Of a stretch of 47,950 nt of DNA, positions 34,487-46,500 are shown piece by piece. The DNA is from Fonticula alba ATCC 38817. Lineage: Eukaryota; Protista; Nucleariida. Every line of letters starts with the position of its first letter. The first letter of the stretch is position 1. The notes beneath the pieces are model-generated. The model saw only the letters and a program-made list of their open reading frames with translations. It was not told the origin of the DNA and searched no databases. Both the position numbers and the translations under genes were made by a program. The stretch is from the NCBI GenBank assembly GCA_000388065.2, contig KB932209.1, one strand, 5' to 3'.

Positions 34487-37400
34487 ATGCATGGGGGCCA
34501 GTTGGGCGGCCTGCGCCTGGCGCTGGCCCTGCTGCTGGTCGGGCTTGCCATGGCCCGGGCTCAACAAGACATCCAACTGGTGGCGGTGCCGCGGCCCATG
34601 GCATCCACAGTCGGAGGCCTGCCAGTCCCCCCTTCCACGGAGATCCTGCCCACGGTTTTGGGAACCCCGGAACTCGATCTCGTCTGTCCCCTGGTCGACG
34701 GACGCCTTGGCCTGTGGAAGCAGTCCAACACCTCTTCCCATTATGAAGACTCGCGCATTGGGGGGTTTTTCAACCTGGCAGCCGGCCCAGTGCACTCCTT
34801 CGGGCCTGCGACTTTTCCGTCATTCGAAAAGCGCTTCCTCGTCCGCGGTCCCGGCAGCACCCCGGCCATCGTGTTGCAAACGGACATCGACTACAGGGTC
34901 TATGTGGGCCAGCAGGAAACCGCCATCCCTCGATCGTCAGCGGGCGAGCTGCTCGCGGTTCAGTCTACCGCCCCGAATGGCCACATTTACCTCCTGATGC
35001 ACACCCCGAGCGAGCACCTCTCCGTCACCCGGGTCAACCTCCCCTACGTCAACCCGCTGGATATCGGCTTCTTCGGGTCGCTGGACCAGCCGATCTCGGC
35101 GGACTCCGCCGACATCGGGCTTTTTGCCCTTTCCGATGGTTCCCGCGTGACTCTGATCAACGGCGAGTTTGGCTTCAAGACGTCAAACCACTTCTCCGAA
35201 CCCATCCTGCACATGGCTCTGCTCAGTTTCACCGGCCCGCGCGATATCGTCCTTCTCTTTAGTCAGGCGCTCCGCTACACGACGGTGTCCGAAACCAATG
35301 AATTCGGCGTCTGGGGGACAGTGTCGCTGCCGGCCGGCCTGACCAACCCCAAGCGCCTGCTGGGCCTGGAGGTGACCGCGTCCTTCAGCATCCCGGGGTT
35401 TGTCCTGGTTGAGGGGGATACCCCCGGTGAGATCTGGCGCCATCGCGCCTGGGGCGGTGCCACGTGGGAGCGTCTTGTGCTGCCATTTGCGCCAGCCGGT
35501 CCGCCTCCCCTCGGCACCCTGTCCCTGGGGATGGTATTGCTCACTTCGGGGCGCGGCGTCCTGAGCCTCTTTTCCGGAAGCCAGGCCTTCCTGGAGCCGG
35601 TCGACTTCGATTGCACCGCCGATACGTCCATCGCCTGCCACCCAGCCGGCAACCAAGTCCATGGCGGGTGGTCCTGCCGTGCCAATCATGTTCTCTCGCC
35701 CTTCCTCCGGAACAAGGGCCTGTGTGCCGGCTGTGAAAGTGGCTTCTTCCCGACATCCACTTTGGGCATCCGTGCGTCGTCCCTCTTCATGGCGCCTTGT
35801 TGGCCGCTCCGATGGTAACCCTGCGCCCATTTTCCGCTTTCCCGTCCTCCGTGTTCCCCCCCCCCCCCCCCCCCTTGCCCGGCTCCAGCCACTTGCCAGG
35901 CCTGTCATTCGGCCATGTGCAGCGCCTGCCTCCCGACGGGGCGCTGCCTGATCTGCTCGTCGCCCTTGCTCCTGGAGGAGTACTCAAACCCCGGGATCAT
36001 GCCGACCTGTGTCTTTTCATGCTCCGCCGGTCGCGTTCCCGTGGGCGGCCGGTGCCTGCCCCCCGCCGGCCCGTCTCCGGTCTTGGATGTGGCCGAGGAG
36101 ACCATCGTTCCCATCCTCTCGACCGGCCCTTTCTCCGCGCTGATGGCCACCAACATGGGCTCCGGGGGGGTATCCGGCTTCCAGGGGTTCCCCGGGCCTC
36201 CCACGGAGGCCGGTCGTCTCCCGCCAGCACCTCGAGTACTGGGCTTTCGTTCGGGCGAAATGCCGATCCTGTTGGATGCTCGTGATCTTGGTCGCAATGC
36301 CGGCCCGGTCGCCGGGGAGGTCATCGGCTCGGAAGCCGGCCTGGACATGCCCCAGATGGGGGATGTCGTGTCGGCGGTGCAGCTCGGGCCCTTTGTCGCT
36401 AGGGAAAGCATTTCCTACCAAATTCTCACCTGCAGCAGTGCCGGCACAACGAGGCTGCTGGCGGGATCGTGTAACGCGGTCCAGGGGAATGTGGAGGCCG
36501 GCTGCAAGCTTTTCTTCGGGAACCACCTCCTGGCAATGACTTGCAAGCATGTGCGACTCATCCGGTGGAATATGGCCAGTGTGTCCGGACCGGATGGGAC
36601 CTTCCTGGTGGAGTTCACCATGCCACGGACCGCCCCGGTCCCGGTGCTCCTGCCGGAAACCTCCGGCCACCCGGCCCTGGGCCTGGTGGAGGTTCCCCAT
36701 TATCCGGGCCTGCCGGAGTGGCTGTTCTTTGCCACCCCCGGCCGGGCTGGCAACTCGGCCTCCCTGCTGCCATCGATCCTGGTGCAGAGGGGCGATGGGC
36801 GTGCCATTGCATCCTTGGGCATGGCATTCCCTGCGCTGCCCCCTGGCACCTGGCATCCCATGGTCCTGGACCGGGGCGGCACCCCGGGGCCGGGATCTCA
36901 GGAATTCCTGCTGACCGGGCTCCACCCCGACACCGGGGCCTGGCGTGCGATCGTGGCTCCTGGCGGGCCGGCGCTCCAAATGCGCAGCGCCGCCATCTCC
37001 ACCCTCCCCCTGATGGAGCTGGGCATCATCATCCCCGGGCCGGTGGAGAACTACTCCCTGGCGGCCGTGCGGCTGCCCGGCGCCGGAGACCGCTTCCCCA
37101 GCGCGTTGGTTCTCCTGACAACGGACTTCCTCGCGGTGGCCTTGCTCCAGTGCAATGGTCCGCTGGCCAGCGAAGAGCGCCGGTGCCAGCTGGAGCGTGC
37201 CACTGCCCTGGGGCTTCCCCTGCCGCTGGTGAATCCCCCCCGTGCGTCGGTCATTTCCCTGACCTCCCATCCGCCGGGCCCCGGGGAATTGGCCAAGATC
37301 CTGGTTGCCGAGGGAACGGCCCGGCCCATGACCGTGACCATTGGCGCTGGCTCCTGTCCTGACGGCACCTTATGGCCGGATTGCGGTCCCTGCCACCCGA

Positions 37401-40400
37401 AGTGCCGAACATGCTTCGTGACTGCCACCGATTGCGGTGTGTGTCAGCATGCACTTCCACAATCGCCGGATGTCTGTCTGGCCAGCTGCCCGGCTGGACT
37501 TTATGCCCGGGACCCGGATGATCCACTGTGCCACTGTCATGTTGATTGCGTGGCCTGCCAGGAGAGCAGCGTGGCGGGCCACTTTGAATGCACCTCCTGC
37601 CCGCCGGGCATGGCTCTGCCGGCCAGTCCGGCCGACAGCCCGCCCGACCGATGCTTCAGCTGCCATGAGGACTGTGGCGAGTGTCTGGCCCCGGGGGATC
37701 CAACCTCCTGCACCGCCTGCCGGGGTGGCGCCTTTCTGGTGCACGGAGCCGGCACATGTGTGACTGTGTGTCCGGCGGGCATGTGGCCTGACACCGCGGC
37801 TCGGGTTTGTCGGCCTTGTCCGGCTGGCTGCGCGGCCTGCACCGCTGCCGATGCCTGCACCGCCTGTGCCGACAAGTACTTCCTGGGCGCCGACGACATG
37901 TGTCACCCGTGTGACGCCTCCTGTGCGCTGTGCTCCGATCCCGGGTCTTGCGATGCCTGCGTGCCGGGTTGGGCTTTCCTCTCTCCGAACGCCGGGGTGC
38001 CCTCCCTCTGTGGGCTGGCCTGCCTGCCTGGGCAGTATGTCGACACCGGTGCCGGCCGCTGTGCCACATGCTCAAGCACATGTAGCCTGTGCACCGGGTC
38101 GGCCGCCATGTGCGTCGGTTGCTCCGGTGCACACTTCGGCATCGGCGGGGACCCCTCCCTGGCTCAGCCCCGCGAGTGTGCCCCCTGTGCCAGGGACTGT
38201 GCTCTGTGCTCCAATGCCGAAGTGTGCACCACTTGCATGTCGGGCTTCTTCCGGCACCAGGGCCAGTGCCTTGCCTCCTGCCCCGAGGGGACGTGGGCCA
38301 ACTCGAGCACGTCCCAGTGCCAGGCCTGCCCCGCTGGCTGCACCGGCTGCACCGATGCCACGGCCTGCACCGCCTGTGCCGGTGGGCACTTCCTGAGCCC
38401 GGAAACGCGCCTCTGCCGACGGTGTGATGGCACATGCGAGCGGTGCTCTTCGGCCTCCGCCTGCCTGGCATGCCAGCCGGGGATGCACTTCCTGTCGCCC
38501 AAGCCCGAGGTGGAATCCCTCTGCGGGACAACCTGCGCGCCGGGCGAATACGTCGGGGCCGGGCGATGCGGCCAGTGCGATCAATCTTGCGCTCTCTGTG
38601 TCAATGGCCCGGAGGCGTGCTCCGTGTGCGCCCCGGGCTTCCGGTGGGATGGGCCATCGCCGGCGGCCGGCGCCACCGGTCGCTGCGTCCAATGCCCGGA
38701 TCATTGTGACTCCTGCACACAGCTGGACTTCTGCCTCTCCTGCGAGGGGGGCTTTTTCCTGACCCACCAGGGTGCCTGTCTGTCCGGCTGTCCGGCGGGC
38801 TCCTTCAATGACGTGGCTTCCGACACCTGCCAGCCATGCGACCCGATGTGTGCCACATGTGCAGGCCCGAGCAGCGCCGAATGCACAGACGTGTGCTCTT
38901 CCGATCTATGCCCGGATCATTGTGACTCCTGCACACAGCTGGACTTCTGCCTCTCCTGCGAGGGGGGCTTTTTCCTGACCCACCAGGGTGCCTGTCTGTC
39001 CGGCTGTCCGGCGGGCTCCTTCAATGACGTGGCTTCCGACACCTGCCAGCCATGCGACCCGATGTGTGCCACATGTGCAGGCCCGAGCAGCGCCGAATGC
39101 ATCGCCTGTGCTCCGGGCACCGAGGCCGGGCCCGGGCTTTCGGGCCTGGTCGCCTGCCAGCCCAGCTGCCCCGAGAGCCAGTACTTGGACCCTGTGACGG
39201 GGGTGTGCACGGCGTGCGATGGCTCCTGTGCCACATGCAATGGTCCGAGCGATCGGGACTGCTGGCGCTGTGCGGACGCCAGCGAGGTGGTACAGGATGG
39301 CCGGTGTCGGCAGGAATGTGCCGATGGCTTTGTCCCGGCGGCTGGTCGGTGCCTGCCCTGCCACCCGTCGTGCGACCAATGTGTCGGGACCCGGCGCACC
39401 GACTGCATTCCCGCCTTTNNNNNNNNNNNNNNNNNNNNNNNNNNNNNNNNNNNNNNNNNNNNNNNNNNNNNNNNNNGAACCCGTCGTGCGACCAATGTGT
39501 CGGGACCCGGCGCACCGACTGCATTCCCGCCTGCCCCGGTGGCTTGCTGTCCCTCCCGGCTGGCCAGTCGCCCACACGCTGTGTGCCTGCCTGCCCGGTG
39601 GGCTACAACACAAGTGCCTCCGGCTGTAGCCAATGCGGGCCGCACTGCAGCAGCTGCTCCGACGCGGCGGAACTGTGCACCCTCTGCGAGCGTGGCTGGC
39701 TGCTCCATTCGGCCGAATGTGTGGCTTCCTGTCCATCGAGCACCTTGGCCGAGGGTGGCCTTTGTGCCGCCTGCCATGGGAGCTGTGCCTCCTGCTATGG
39801 CTCCGGCGTGGGGCAATGTCTGACCTGTGGCCCGGACACCCCGCTGCATGTTGCCGGGCACTGCTTCTCTGACTGCCCGGCGGGGATGTTTGAAAGTGAC
39901 GGCCTCTGCCTCCCGTGTGATGGCTCTTGCGCGTCCTGCCTGGAGGTCGGCTCCGATCGGTGCACCAGCTGCCCTGGCGATGCGGTCCTTTCCGAGGGAT
40001 TCTGCCTTCGGGAGTGCCCTGCGGGGGAGTTTGCCCCCGGCCTGGCGGGCGACCCGGGTCGCGTGTGTGAGTCGTGCCATGCTTCATGCCGGACTTGCAA
40101 CGGCCCAGGGCCCGACGGATGCACCTCCTGCCTGGGCACCTCGCTCTTTGAGGCCGGCCATTGTGTGCCTTCCTGCTCCGATGGCTTCTTCCTCTGCTCG
40201 TCAAGCTACTCCTGCGAGCCCTGTCCGGCCGGGTGCACCGCTTGCCATGCGGCATCCACCTCCTCTTGTGCGCCGCTGTGTACCTCATGTGGCCAGGGCT
40301 TGCTCCTTTCGCCTCGGGAAAATGCGTGCGTCCAGCACTGCCCGGCTGGCGAATTCCTCCAGGAGGGCCAAACCCATTGCCTTGCCTGCCATGCCTCTTG

Positions 40401-42425
40401 TCGGACCTGCATCGGCGCCGAGACATTCTGCACCTCGTGCCCCGGGAACTCGCTGTGGCTCCAGAAGGAGGCCGGCATTTGCGCGTCGGCCTGCCCGGGG
40501 ACCGGCTTCGTGGAGGCGGTCTTCCCCGGGGCCACGCCGGACCGGGTGTGCCTGGCCTGCCCGGACACGTGCGAGGCGTGCACGACCGAGGGCATGGCCG
40601 GGGCATGCAAGCTCGGGCCGAGCGGGCGAGTCGAGTGCCCGGTGCCCGGGACCTGCACCCGGTGCGCGTTGGAGCTGCTGCTCCACGGCGGGTCGTGCGT
40701 GCCCGCCTGCCCGAGCACCGGGTTCTTCGCCGACTGGGAGGCCTTCCCGCCAGTTTGTCTGGCATGCGACCGCAGCTGCTCCATGTGCGATGGCCCCGGC
40801 CGGGAAGATTGTCTGGATGGTGCCAATGTTGACAGGTCCCGACGTCTCGGTATGTGGCTCACGCCTCCCCCTCCCCTCTCGCAAGTCTAGCATCTCCTCC
40901 TAACTCCGCCCCTCCCACACCCTCAGCTCTTGGGCTGGGACTCGGGCTCGGGCTCTTCTTGCTGCTGCTGCTCCTTCTTTTGGTGCTCTTCCTGAGGCGA
41001 CGCGCTCGTGATAACAAGGGCCTGGTACGCATCTCCCCCTTGCCCCTCTCTCTCTCTCTCTGTCTCTCTCCCACACACACACATATATATATGTATATGT
41101 GCATGTGGATCCACCCCCTCAAGCCATGTCCACCCATCTGACCTTCCTTCCTGCCCCTCCGCCTTTCAGTCCGCGGACAGCGTTTCCGATGAGAGTGCGT
41201 TTGATGGGTTTCCTCTTCTCCTGCTCCCCCCCCCCCCCCTCTGATTGCCCCCCAGGTGGCTAAACCGTCTGTCTCTTTCGCTCCACCGAAGATGCCACGG
41301 TCATGAACACAATTGTTGGTACGCGGTCATCGACTACCCACTTGCCAAGGCCCCCCTTCTCTGGCGTCTGACCCGTCCTCGCTTGGCAGAGCTCTCCCTT
41401 CCTGGGTCGATTCTGGTCGATATCAACACGGACTTCCGGCCGATCGATGAGGGGAACCTGGGCACCGGCACCCAGGGGTCTGTCTACTCGGCGCAGCCCA
41501 TGGCCCCGGGGCTGGCCGCGCGTCTGGGCTGCGGGTCGACCGTTGCCATCAAGGCCCTCCGCGCCACGACCATGAACGACAGCTGCCTGGCCCTGTTCGA
41601 GAACGAGGTGGCCATCATGTGGCTCCTTCGCGATGAGCCGCACATCATCCGCCTGCATGGGTATTCCGACACCCCGCCGGCTGTGGTGATGGAGCAGCAC
41701 CAGGGCACCTTGTTCACTCTTCTCGCCTCGGACATCGTCCTCGGCCTGCCGGTCCTTCTGGATATCATTCAACAGTGGGGTGCGTGCTTCTCACCCGGCG
41801 CGAGTGTCTTCTCCCCGCCGGACCTCCCCTCCACCATATCCGGCCTTTGTCGGGCCTTTGGGCACTAACATTTGCCATAGCCACCGGACTGGAGGCCATG
41901 CATGGGCACGGGGTCGCACACCGGGACCTGAAGCCTGACAATGTGTTTGTCAGCCAGCAGCCCGATGGGTCTTGGCGCGCGGTGCTCGGGGACCTGGGCA
42001 CCGCCGTGGACTTGAGTGCTCACCGGTCGTCCACCCTGCTGACCGCCGGTCTGGAGCTCAATGCCATGACGGCGCGATATGCCTCGCCGGAAGTGATGCA
42101 GGCCTTCCACCGGGGGCGGCCCTTGGCCCGAGACCTCTTCCTGCCGGCGGACGTGTACAGCGCCGCGATCATGGCCTGGGAGTGTCTGTCCCGGAAAGTG
42201 GCCTTCAAGGGCATCAAGCTGGCTGCCCTGTTTGAGCAGGTCCCGGCCGGCACTCGACCGGACATGCACCAGGCCATCGGGCCCGAGCACAATGCCGAGC
42301 TCCGGGGCAGCCCGTTGGAGGATTTGCTGCCATTGGCCTGGGCCGCCCGTGCGGCTGATCGTCCCTTGGCGGCGTCCTTCCGACAAAAGTGCGCCGCAGC
42401 CCACGCCATGCTCCTCCAAAAGTAG
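34487..42425 (+). CDS. Giant receptor-like TKL protein kinase: signal peptide, beta-rich domains, long furin-like (FU) Cys-repeat array, single TM, kinase (about 2330 aa after removing assembly artefacts)
   Basis: Exons 34487-35771, 35889-40849, 40927-41024 (TM LGLGLGLGLFLLLLLLLLVLFLRRR), 41170-41194, 41292-41318, 41390-41779, 41881-42425. Kinase motifs LGTGTQGSVY, VAIK, ENEVAIM, HRDLKPDN, DLG, TARYASPE. Corrected CDS is 6999 nt and stays in frame. Confidence 0.9.
38886..38907 (+). other. Illumina TruSeq adapter contamination (CAGACGTGTGCTCTTCCGATCT)
   Basis: Exact match to the 3' end of the TruSeq read-2 adapter/primer, sitting between two identical 194-bp copies (38692-38885 and 38908-39101). 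Confidence 0.97.
39419..39476. other. Assembly gap (58 N) with a 54-bp overlap on both sides
   Basis: 39363-39416 is identical to 39479-39532; collapsing the overlap restores one reading frame. Confidence 0.93.
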
Positions 42426-43508
42426 CTTCGCCAAGGCCGAGGAGTCCTCCGATGTTCGAGACCATCGAGAGGGGCCATACATTATTGCACATGGAAATAC
42501 ACCTTTTCTTGCATACAATTGCATGTGCCCCGGGGGGGGGGGGGGGGGGGGGCGCGCGCCTCCCCCCGCCCCCATGTCCGCCAAGGAGCCCCTGCTTTGG
42601 AGGATGCCCCGCTGTTTCAGGACAACAAGGCACTCGACTCGTCAACAAGTGAGGCATCAACGCATATGGAGCCGGGATCTGGAGCAGCAGAACGAGCATT
42701 CCTCAGGTCAGCCGCTCGAGGGCTCGCCTTTCATGGGGCAGATCCTGCGACCATCGGGTCTCGGGCACTCGTGCCCACCCCCTGGCCGGCCAGCCCATCT
42801 GACCAGCGAGTTTTCCCCCCTCCGGTGTGCCCGGACAGGCCGGGCTGGGCTGGGCTGGGCTGGGCTAGCCAGGACTGTTTTTTTTTCCCCACGCGGGGGG
42901 TGTTTTTGTTTACGATTCCCGCCTCGCAACAGGTGCCGAGGGAGGGGGGATCAGGCCATCGGCTGATCTTCCGGGCGCGATCGGCTTACCCGGCATGCGG
43001 CACGAGGCCGGGGCATTCCCCCCCCCGCCCCCCGCCCCAACTGGCGCAGGTGGCGGGTGGAGCCCCCGGGGACGCGGGGGCAGGCCCAGAGGGCTGGGAA
43101 ACCAGTTGCGGATGGGGCCGGGGGCCGGGGCGAGAGAGCCCAATCTTCCCGCCAGGGATAACGGCCTGGCCATCCGGTTCGCCGCGGCCCACGATGTGCT
43201 GTTTGACGAATAAATCCGGCGCCCCATGAGAACGGCGCGCAATCCGTCCTCCCGCCCCCCCCCCCCCCCTGGCTCGGGTAAAAAGACCTCCCCCTTTTCC
43301 GGTCGCACCATCAGCCCCTGGCATTGCCCCTCATCTCTCATGCTCCCTCCTTCTGCATCCTTATTTCGCCCCTATTTGCTCTGCTCCCCCGGTAGCCTGG
43401 CTCCTCCCCCGCACTTGGCCTTGGGCGTGCCGCATTCCCGTCCTGCCATCCCCCTCGGCTCGCTCGTCCCCGCCTTTCCCGATGCTGGCCCGGGCGGTTG
43501 TGGCGCCG

Positions 43509-46500
43509 ATGCCACCATGGAGGCCGGACAGCTGGGGCTCGGTGTTGCCACTCCTGCTGTTGACCTTGCTACTGCTGTCCACTCCCTCCCGGGGCCAGGG
43601 GCCTGACCTTCGGCCGGGCACCCTGACCGGGCCCGACTTCTCGACGCATCGGCCCCCCGCGGCGCAGGCCAGCGGCGTGGCCAAGTTGCCCCTCCTTCGG
43701 TCTCTCGCTCCCATGGCCCATGCGGCCCTCTTGGATGTCGCCCTGCCGGAGATGGTGCTCTGGTCCGGCGGGCTGACCGATCTACCGGTCAGCTCCGCTT
43801 CCGGGGTGGCCATCCACTCGCAAGACCACCTTTTCATGGACCTGCACCGGGACGCCCGGCTCGGGGGGTACTTCAGTCAAAAGGCCACGGCATCGCTGGC
43901 CCCTCCCGCGGACAATGCCTTTTGGCTGGTCTCGTCCAGCTCCGGGCCGATTACCTTTTCGGTGGGCACCTCCTCGATGACCCTTCGGCCGTTCAATTCC
44001 CCCCCCACCACCTTCGACATGAGCCCGGCTCGCCTGATTGAATCGGCCTGGAGCGAGGAGCGCCATGCCTTTCACAGCTTTTGGCAGGGGCCCGATGAGG
44101 AGCTGCTGCTTTGCCAGGCCCAGGGGCTGGTGATGGAGTGCCATCCGCTGGCCCTTTCTCCCATGTCCCTCATGATGCCCGGCCGGGTCGGCTCCAGGGG
44201 CCATTTCTTCACATGGGCCGACTCGGTGCTGCATCTCATCCTGCCACTGGCCCAAAGCCCGAAGACCTCCCAACTGGATCTCTTGTCGGCCATCGTCGAT
44301 GTGGCCGTCCTTCCCCAAGTGTCCGATGGGGAATTGGTGCTTGTGCTCTTGGAAAGCCGCGAGATTGCCATCATCGACCGGCAGCTCGGCGACGCGTCCA
44401 TCGGCCAGCTCCGCCAACGTGTGGCCTTGCCGGCCGGGGGCCCGGAAATCGGCCGGCTGGCGGCCCCCCGGGCCACGGTGCCCGGCGGCCCGCTCACCTG
44501 GGCCCTGTACATTGAGGGGATGGACCGTTTGTGGCGCCTCGATGTCGACAAGGGGACAGCCGTTTGGACCCGGCTTGAGCTCCCGCCGGCGGTGGCCGAA
44601 AAGTCCGGCCTGCTGTCTTCCCTGCGGCTGGTCCGCCTGCGGGCGGGTGGCGCCCGCCCCGACGAGTGGGTCCTGTCCGATGGCCAGTATGTCTATCTCG
44701 ATTCGGGGGCCTTCCACTGTGAGGAAGATCGGAGCATCAACTGCGCGACGTCCTCGCTCCGGCCCGAGCTCGGGTATGGCTGCCAGTCGGGGCGCCGCAT
44801 TTCGCCCTACCTCTTCCCCGGGAGCCTGTGCGGGGCCTGCGAGGTGGGCATGACCGTGCCGGCGCTCACTTGGAAGCCAGCTGGTATGTGATTGTTTTTT
44901 ATTTTTTTATTTTTTGCGGCGGTGCTTTCCTCTGTTGCCCGCTCCCGAGCATTGCCCTTTCCCGAGTGCGCGTGCTAATCCCGCGCCCGCCTCTCGGTCA
45001 CCGCACTCCCCCTCCCCCCCCCCCCGGCCCCGATGTCCCACTCTCCTTCTCCTTCCAGACCGCTGCAATGCGTGCCCGCCAAAGTGCCAGGTTTGCCTCG
45101 GGTCCCAGTGTCTCGTCTGTGCCCAGGGGTCTCTCCTCCTGACCACCGACGAGGCGACCACCTGCGTCGATGCATGCACCGGGGACCATGTGCAGGCCGG
45201 GGCCCGGTGCATGCCGCGCTGGCCGGCGGCCACCAGCCAGCTGACCCCCATGGCCTGGCCTCCGGACGACGGGCTGGCCCCTCTGGACACAGTGGCCCGG
45301 TCGCACTTGGTTATGGTCGGCGGCGAAGTGCACTTGGTGGGTCGGTCGCAGCCGGCCGGGGCCGGGGCGCTGCTGGGCTTCCGGTCAACCGGGGCATGGA
45401 TGCTGGAAGAGGCATCGGATCGCGTGTCCGGCGTGCGGCTGGCAGCGCTGGACTTCGGCCCGGGGACAGTGCTGGAGTATGGGGAAATCCCCGGCGGCCC
45501 TGGACGGCATCCCTCCACGCGGGTGGCCTTCGTGTGTTCCAGCACGAATGAGCTTCGGTCCGTGGAGTACCGGTGTCTGGAGGGCCTTGACAATGCCCAG
45601 CAGCCATGCCGGGCGGATGTCGGCCCAGTGCGGACCCTTCTGGCCGGGTGCCAATCCCTGCGGGTGCTTGACAATGGGCAAGTGCTGTCGGTGATCCCCT
45701 CCCCCCGGGAGTTGGTGCTCTTCCACATGGACTCCGGGGGCAAGCTCGGCCGTTTGGATTTGCCCCACACCGCCGGCCATGCGGAGTTCTTCCCACTTCA
45801 CCCCTGGAATGAGGCCCCCCCGCGGGAGTGGCTCTTCCGGATTGCGGCTCCCGGGGTGCAGGGCGTCATCGCCGGGGATGGGCTCCTCCATCCGTGGGAG
45901 CTGGTCCGCAAGCAGGACAGCCGGGTCATCCACGGGCAGGACCAATTGCCGGCCACCCAGGAGAGCCTGCCGCTGGATTCGGTGCCGCTGGTGGTGCCGA
46001 TTCCCGGGCGGGTGGCGGAGTTCTTTGTCGGGGCCCTGGTGGCGGTCGGCCCCAATCGGGCCGCGTGGCAGGTTCGCCACTTCCCGCTTGGCACCCGGCC
46101 GCATGGCTCGACCGTCCACATGCCCGGGCTGAGCCAGGTCCTGGCCGAGGTGTCTTCCGGTCCGAGCCGGATGCTGGTCATCCCGCTGGCCGGTCTGGCC
46201 GTTCGGCACCCGGCGGCCGTGGTCCTGGTTACAGCCGGTCAGCTGGGGGTGGCTTTGCTGGAGTGCCCCCCGACCGGGGAGCTTGCCTGCTGGCTGACCG
46301 GTGCTCGGTTGTTTGACCTCGAGCAGTCGATCCCACGCCCGGACCGGGCCTCGGTGGTTCTCCTCCGGGACCAGGTGTCCGGGCTCCAGCTGTCCCCCGG
46401 GGTGACATTCCTTCTGGCCGGCGCGGAGACCCTCCTCCGGGTGCATGTCGGGCCTCTGGCATGCTCCCCCGGGGAGTATGGCCCGGAGTGCCAGCCGTGC

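Noticed and set aside
38692-39101. Perfect tandem duplication as a genuine recent FU-repeat expansion
   Set aside because: The junction is an exact Illumina adapter sequence.
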